From: Deltaproteobacteria bacterium
GTDB lineage: Bacteria > Desulfobacterota > Desulfobacteria > Desulfobacterales > C00003060
Assembly: GCA_030665585.1 (NCBI GenBank)
Contig: DAOUZN010000002.1
Coordinates: 1 to 38,159 of the forward strand
Direction: 5' to 3'
Length of the DNA: 38,159 nucleotides
The translations under genes were made by a program, and so were the position numbers. This document shows positions 34,371-38,159 of this stretch, in pieces (the first letter of the stretch is position 1; every line of letters starts with the position of its first letter). The notes under the pieces were generated by a model, which had not been told where the DNA came from, did no database searches, and worked only from the letters and a program-made list of their open reading frames with translations.

Positions 34371-34402
34371 AATATATTGCCATGCTTCCCGCACCCTGTC
34401 AA
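34371..34402 (-). promoter_or_regulatory. Candidate sigma70-type promoter for the leader/aro operon
   Basis: Perfect -35 TTGACA (34402-34397), then an AT-rich CAATATATTTTT region 17-20 nt downstream. The -10 hexamer is ambiguous. Confidence 0.35.
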
Positions 34403-34430
34403 CCAAAAAATAAAAGGAGGAACCCGTTCT

Positions 34431-36221
34431 TCATCGAATATATCCCTTTTCCTCAAGATATAGCATGACCTCCTGCGCGGCTTCGTCCGGGCTCACTTCC
34501 GTGGTATCTATGGTGATTTCTGGATCGGAGGGGGGAACGTAAGGGTCATCAACCCCCGTCACTCCCTTCATCTTCCCGGCCCGTGCTTTGGCGTAGAGCC
34601 CTTTGCGGTCCCGTTGCTCGCACACTTCCAAGGGGGTGGCAAGGTAGACCTCGATATAGCCCCCATAGCGAGTGATCAACTCCCGGTTGTGGCGCCTGGA
34701 TTCCTCGTAGGGCGCAATAGGGGCGCACAGGGCGATGCCCCCGTTCTTGGTGATTTCGCTTGCCACAAATCCGATGCGCGTAATATTGAGATTTCTGTGC
34801 TCCTTGGAAAAGCTCAGCTCACTTGAAAGATTCCTTCTCACGATGTCGCCATCCAGTAGGGTCACTGGCCTGTCCCGCATTTCCATGAATTTTACCATCA
34901 ACACCTTGGCCAGGGTGGATTTGCCTGCCCCGGATAGCCCTGTGATGAACACGGTAAAGCCCTGCTCCGACCGGGGTGGATAAGCCCGCCTGAGCTCTGC
35001 CACAACCTCCGGATAGGAAAACCATGCGGGTATCTCGAGGCCACTTTCCAACCTGCGCCGCAGTTCGCTTGAGGATATCTGCTTGACGTTCATCCCGGGC
35101 TCCACCTGGTCTTCCGGAATATACTCGGCCCTTTCTTCCACATAGACCATCTTCTTCAGGGGAACCATCTTGATGCGTGTTTCCCCTTCAAAGGATTGAA
35201 CCAACTCCTGGGCCGCATGGAGCGGGTAAAACCGCTCTTGGGTCCTGTTGTTGGCAAAGGGATCTCCATGATCATCGGCCACCATGAAATGGCTACACCC
35301 ATAGTTTTTGCGAATGATGGCCTGCCACAGGGCTTCCCGAGGCCCGGCTTTTCGCATGGCCAGGGGGATCAAGCTCAGCATGATCATGTTCTTGGGGTAT
35401 TGCTTGACGATTTCCTGATAGCACCGTACCTGGGTATAGTGGTCCAGATCTCCTGGATGGGTCAGTCCCACGACAGGCTGCAGCAGGATACTGGCGCCCG
35501 CCTCGCGGGCGGCCTTGAGCGTCATTTCCTTGTGGGCACAGTGGAGATGTTTCTCGGTTTGAAAGCCGATCACATGGCGCCAGCCATGTTGGGCAAACCG
35601 GCGATGGGTTTCGGCCGGAGTCCGCCTAAGCGCCTTGAAATCATAGTGCATGGGAAGGTGAATCCCCTCAAGGGACCCTCCTAAATACCAGGGCTCCACC
35701 TGCTCATAGAGAGCTCTCACACCTGGGTGTTTTTCAGGATCCTCGGTGCCAAATACACAGCCCGCTTCCCGCTTCCTGTCAGGTTTCCAGATATCCTTTA
35801 CGGTGAGCACCGCCAGCATGAATCCTTCCCCGTCTCTCAGGGCCACAGGCTGGCCTTCCTCAAGGCTTCGGGCCATTTCTTCGCTCACATCCAGGCAGAC
35901 AGGCATGGGCCACACCGTACCATCCGTAAGACGCATCTCATCTAAAATACTTTCATAGTCTTCTTCACCGAGGTAACCTGTAAAGGGATAGAATGCCCGG
36001 TTGAGAAGCAGCTCAAGGTCGCAAAGCTGCCTCTTGTTGAGATTCACAGAGGAGTAACCCAGGGCAGCTTCTTTTAAGCTTTCAATGCGCCTAAAATGAA
36101 CAAGAAGACTTTCAGAGTAATCACGTGCTGGTTTCATAGCCGATCCATGACTTGGCATCTCAGCAGTTTGTGGCCTTATGTGTTTCAACAGAGGTTCTTC
36201 TGAAGACGATGAATGAACCAA
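34431..36221 (-). CDS. cysC: Two-domain protein: ATP-sulfurylase-like N-terminal domain (substituted motifs) fused to adenylylsulfate (APS) kinase
   Basis: C-terminal APS kinase is FTVFITGLSGAGKSTLAKVL...LDGDIVRRNL...FSKEHRNLNITRIGFVASE. The N-terminal domain aligns to Sat but has FQTEKHLHCAH (versus QTRNPMHRAH) and VADDHGD (versus VGRDHAG). The track start is TTG; ATG 36158 or 36137 are alternatives. Confidence 0.75.
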   Translation of the reverse strand: MVHSSSSEEPLLKHIRPQTAEMPSHGSAMKPARDYSESLLVHFRRIESLKEAALGYSSVNLNKRQLCDLELLLNRAFYPFTGYLGEEDYESILDEMRLTDGTVWPMPVCLDVSEEMARSLEEGQPVALRDGEGFMLAVLTVKDIWKPDRKREAGCVFGTEDPEKHPGVRALYEQVEPWYLGGSLEGIHLPMHYDFKALRRTPAETHRRFAQHGWRHVIGFQTEKHLHCAHKEMTLKAAREAGASILLQPVVGLTHPGDLDHYTQVRCYQEIVKQYPKNMIMLSLIPLAMRKAGPREALWQAIIRKNYGCSHFMVADDHGDPFANNRTQERFYPLHAAQELVQSFEGETRIKMVPLKKMVYVEERAEYIPEDQVEPGMNVKQISSSELRRRLESGLEIPAWFSYPEVVAELRRAYPPRSEQGFTVFITGLSGAGKSTLAKVLMVKFMEMRDRPVTLLDGDIVRRNLSSELSFSKEHRNLNITRIGFVASEITKNGGIALCAPIAPYEESRRHNRELITRYGGYIEVYLATPLEVCEQRDRKGLYAKARAGKMKGVTGVDDPYVPPSDPEITIDTTEVSPDEAAQEVMLYLEEKGYIR

Positions 36222-36510
36222 TCGTCGCGCTCTTGCTTCCCGGTAGTCCGTGCAGGGAATGTGCCAGTCCGCAAGCCAACCTTAATCATCAGAGAACGTC
36301 TGACCAATGGTTGGCCTCGTCCCGGCATCCCCTCCCCCGCCCTTGATTTTAGGTGTGACGTCACGGGGAAACACTTATGTAAAACAACAAGTTATCAATA
36401 TTTCTCTATGCCAAGCGCACACAGGATGTCAATGTTCAAATCCTTGTATCAATTTAGCCGATTCAAAGAACGGGCACAACAAATTTTAAGACGTCATCTT
36501 TCCAATCCGC

Positions 36511-37698
36511 TTACGAACAAACTGCGGCCGCTGCCTTGGACTCATCCCAAAAAGGTGAAAGCTCTCTCAGCCGTTCAATAATCGGCGGGAGTTTCTCGAT
36601 AATAAAATCGACCTCTTCTTCGGTGTTGTAAATACTCAGGCTGAAGCGGATCGAACCGTGCGCTGCCGTAAAGGGTACGCCCATAGCGCGCAGAACGTGA
36701 GATGGCTCCAGAGAACCTGATGTGCACGCCGAACCCGAAGAGGCGCAAATACCGAATTCATTCATCATAAGCAGGATAGCCTCACCTTCCACATATTCGA
36801 AGCTTATGCTGGTCGTATTGGGAAGCCGATGATCACGGTCGCCGTTGACCATGGCATTGGGGATCCGCTTAAGGATTCCATTTTCAAGCTTGTCCCTGAG
36901 ATACTTGACCCGCTCGTTTTCCTCCCCTAGATGTTGGGAGGCCAATTCGCACGCCTTGCCGAGTCCGATGATGGAGGCCACATTTTCGGTCCCCCCCCTG
37001 CGTCCTCGTTCCTGATGCCCGCCGATGAGAAAAGGCGAAAACTTCGTCCCCTTCCGGACATAAAGGGCGCCGACCCCTTTGGCCGCGTGAATTTTGTGCC
37101 CTGAAAGAGAGAGCATATCTACAGGGACCTGCTCCATGTCGATGGGGATCTTTCCAACTGCCTGAACCGCATCTGTGTGGAATACAATGCCCTTTTCTCG
37201 CACCACCTGGGCGATCTCGTCCACAGGGAACATGACCCCGGTCTCATTGTTGGCCCACATGACGCTGACGATGGCCGTGTCATGGGAGAGGGCCCTGTAC
37301 AAATGCTCAAAATCCGATCTCCCTTGCCGATCTACAGAAAGGAAGGTGACCCGATATCCATGCCCACCCAAGTGCTCACACAGGTTCTTGACAGCGGGGT
37401 GTTCAACCCGTGTGGTGACGATATGTTTCTTGTCGGGTTGAGATGCAATCGCTGCTCGAATCGCCGTGTTATCACTTTCCGTACCGCAGCTGGTAAATAG
37501 TATTTCATCCGGCGTCGCCCCGATGAGACCGGCCACCCTTTCCCGTGCCTCCTTTAATTTCCCCGCCACCTGACCCCCAAAGCTGTGCATGCTCGACGGG
37601 TTGCCGTATAGGTCATGAAAGTAAGGGAGCATCTCTTCCAGGACCTCCGGTGCCACCTGGGTTGTGGCATTGTTGTCTGCATAGATCACTTTCATCAC
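36511..37698 (-). CDS. nifS: Cysteine desulfurase, NifS/IscS type
   Basis: IYADNNATTQV, SLSGHKIHAAKGVGALYVR (PLP lysine) and SSGSACTSG (active-site Cys loop). Confidence 0.9.
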   Translation of the reverse strand: MMKVIYADNNATTQVAPEVLEEMLPYFHDLYGNPSSMHSFGGQVAGKLKEARERVAGLIGATPDEILFTSCGTESDNTAIRAAIASQPDKKHIVTTRVEHPAVKNLCEHLGGHGYRVTFLSVDRQGRSDFEHLYRALSHDTAIVSVMWANNETGVMFPVDEIAQVVREKGIVFHTDAVQAVGKIPIDMEQVPVDMLSLSGHKIHAAKGVGALYVRKGTKFSPFLIGGHQERGRRGGTENVASIIGLGKACELASQHLGEENERVKYLRDKLENGILKRIPNAMVNGDRDHRLPNTTSISFEYVEGEAILLMMNEFGICASSGSACTSGSLEPSHVLRAMGVPFTAAHGSIRFSLSIYNTEEEVDFIIEKLPPIIERLRELSPFWDESKAAAAVCS

Positions 37699-38159
37699 TC
37701 TACCTCCTCTACCACCAGTTCCGGCGTGACCATTTCGCGCAGCTTGGATTGCACATAGTGTTTCAGCGTGACCTGAGAGGCGACACAGGTAGCACAGGTG
37801 CCACGAAGCTTTACAAGGACCGTGTTTCGGTCAATATCGATAAGTTCAATATCGCCTCCGTCCTGCTTCAGGGAAGGTTTAATCTCACGTTCCAATGTCT
37901 CCTGGATGAGTTTGATCTTCTGAATGTTGGTCAGCTGAGTGGGTGGCCGGTGAACAACATGGGGCTTGCCATGGACCTTATCAATAATCTCCTGGATCTT
38001 CTCATGACAACTTTCACACCCTCCCCCTGCCTTGGTATAATCAGTGACGTCTTCCACTGCGGTCAGGTTGTTTTCACGAACCGCTCGCTCTATTTCTACA
38101 TCAGTCACACCGAAGCACTCGCAGACGATCTCCCCTTCAAGCTTTTTTTCGGGCTCCCC
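37695..38159 (-). CDS. nifU: NifU-type Fe-S scaffold protein (partial; the N-terminus lies beyond the window)
   Basis: BFD-like [2Fe-2S] segment CECFGVTDVEIERAV...GGGCESC and C-terminal NifU domain DGGDIELIDID...GTCATC. The reading frame stays open to the window edge. The stop overlaps the nifS start. Confidence 0.8.
   Translation of the reverse strand, partial: GEPEKKLEGEIVCECFGVTDVEIERAVRENNLTAVEDVTDYTKAGGGCESCHEKIQEIIDKVHGKPHVVHRPPTQLTNIQKIKLIQETLEREIKPSLKQDGGDIELIDIDRNTVLVKLRGTCATCVASQVTLKHYVQSKLREMVTPELVVEEVE

Noticed and set aside
34241-34456. Track ORF of 71 aa on the minus strand overlapping the leader region
   Set aside because: It starts inside the end of the sat-like/cysC gene, has no RBS and is in a different frame from the aromatic-rich ORF. 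The 36-codon ORF with an AGGAG RBS explains the region better.
36222-36510. SAM or other sulfur-related riboswitch in the long leader of the sat-like/cysC gene
   Set aside because: Only a short GGACUGGC match to the SAM-I core was seen. The remaining conserved helices and junctions are not evident, so the evidence is insufficient without an Rfam scan.
1-38159. CRISPR arrays, rRNA genes, integrase or attachment sites of a large prophage or island
   Set aside because: No regularly spaced direct repeats with unique spacers and no rRNA-like sequence were found. The only tRNA (24941-25016) is not followed by an integrase. The only mobile DNA traces are the short transposase fragments at 9986-10307.

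Overview
Gene-dense chromosomal window. It looks like an anaerobic Desulfobacterota-type (deltaproteobacterial) genome: an ahb/NirJ-type radical SAM gene sits next to hemB, and there are NifS/NifU and corrinoid methyltransferases. This taxonomic call is inference only. (1) 0.5-9.9 kb, + strand: MarR regulator, a MetH-activation-domain-like protein, two non-pyrrolysine MttB-family methyltransferases, a pterin-binding methyltransferase and a corrinoid protein. These are followed co-directionally by a 419-aa SAM methyltransferase and an asparagine-synthetase-like PP-loop enzyme that has lost its glutaminase nucleophile. The intergenic gaps here are filled with modular palindromic repeats, and one pair forms an inverted repeat around a 3.9-kb segment. 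(2) 9.9-11.6 kb: a decayed accessory islet with two N-terminal fragments of a Y1 (IS200/RAYT-like) transposase, an orphan 132-aa ORF, iteron-like TCAAACG repeats, a 67-bp direct repeat pair, a 5'-truncated higB and an intact higA. (3) 11.6-20.7 kb: SAM methyltransferase, an AGCS-family symporter with a ~105-aa insertion, a signalling cluster (degenerate GGDEF-like/HDOD, GAF-class III cyclase, HDOD), a PfkB kinase and a CBS protein. (4) 20.8-38.2 kb, almost all on the - strand: heme genes, a ClpX paralogue, tRNA-Arg(CCG), a CCA-adding enzyme, a Tpt1/KptA-like protein and a complete, translationally coupled shikimate operon (aroF-aroB-CM::aroE-aroA-aroQ-aroK-aroC). An unannotated Phe/Tyr/Trp-rich leader ORF and two U-tailed hairpins precede that operon. 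Upstream of these lie a Sat-like/APS-kinase fusion, nifS and a partial nifU. No CRISPR array or rRNA was seen. The candidates I consider most novel are the aromatic leader-peptide attenuator, the SAM-methyltransferase plus Cys-less AsnB-like pair attached to the corrinoid demethylation locus, and the degenerate sulfurylase-APS kinase fusion. All functional calls rest on motif recognition by eye, because no searches could be run.
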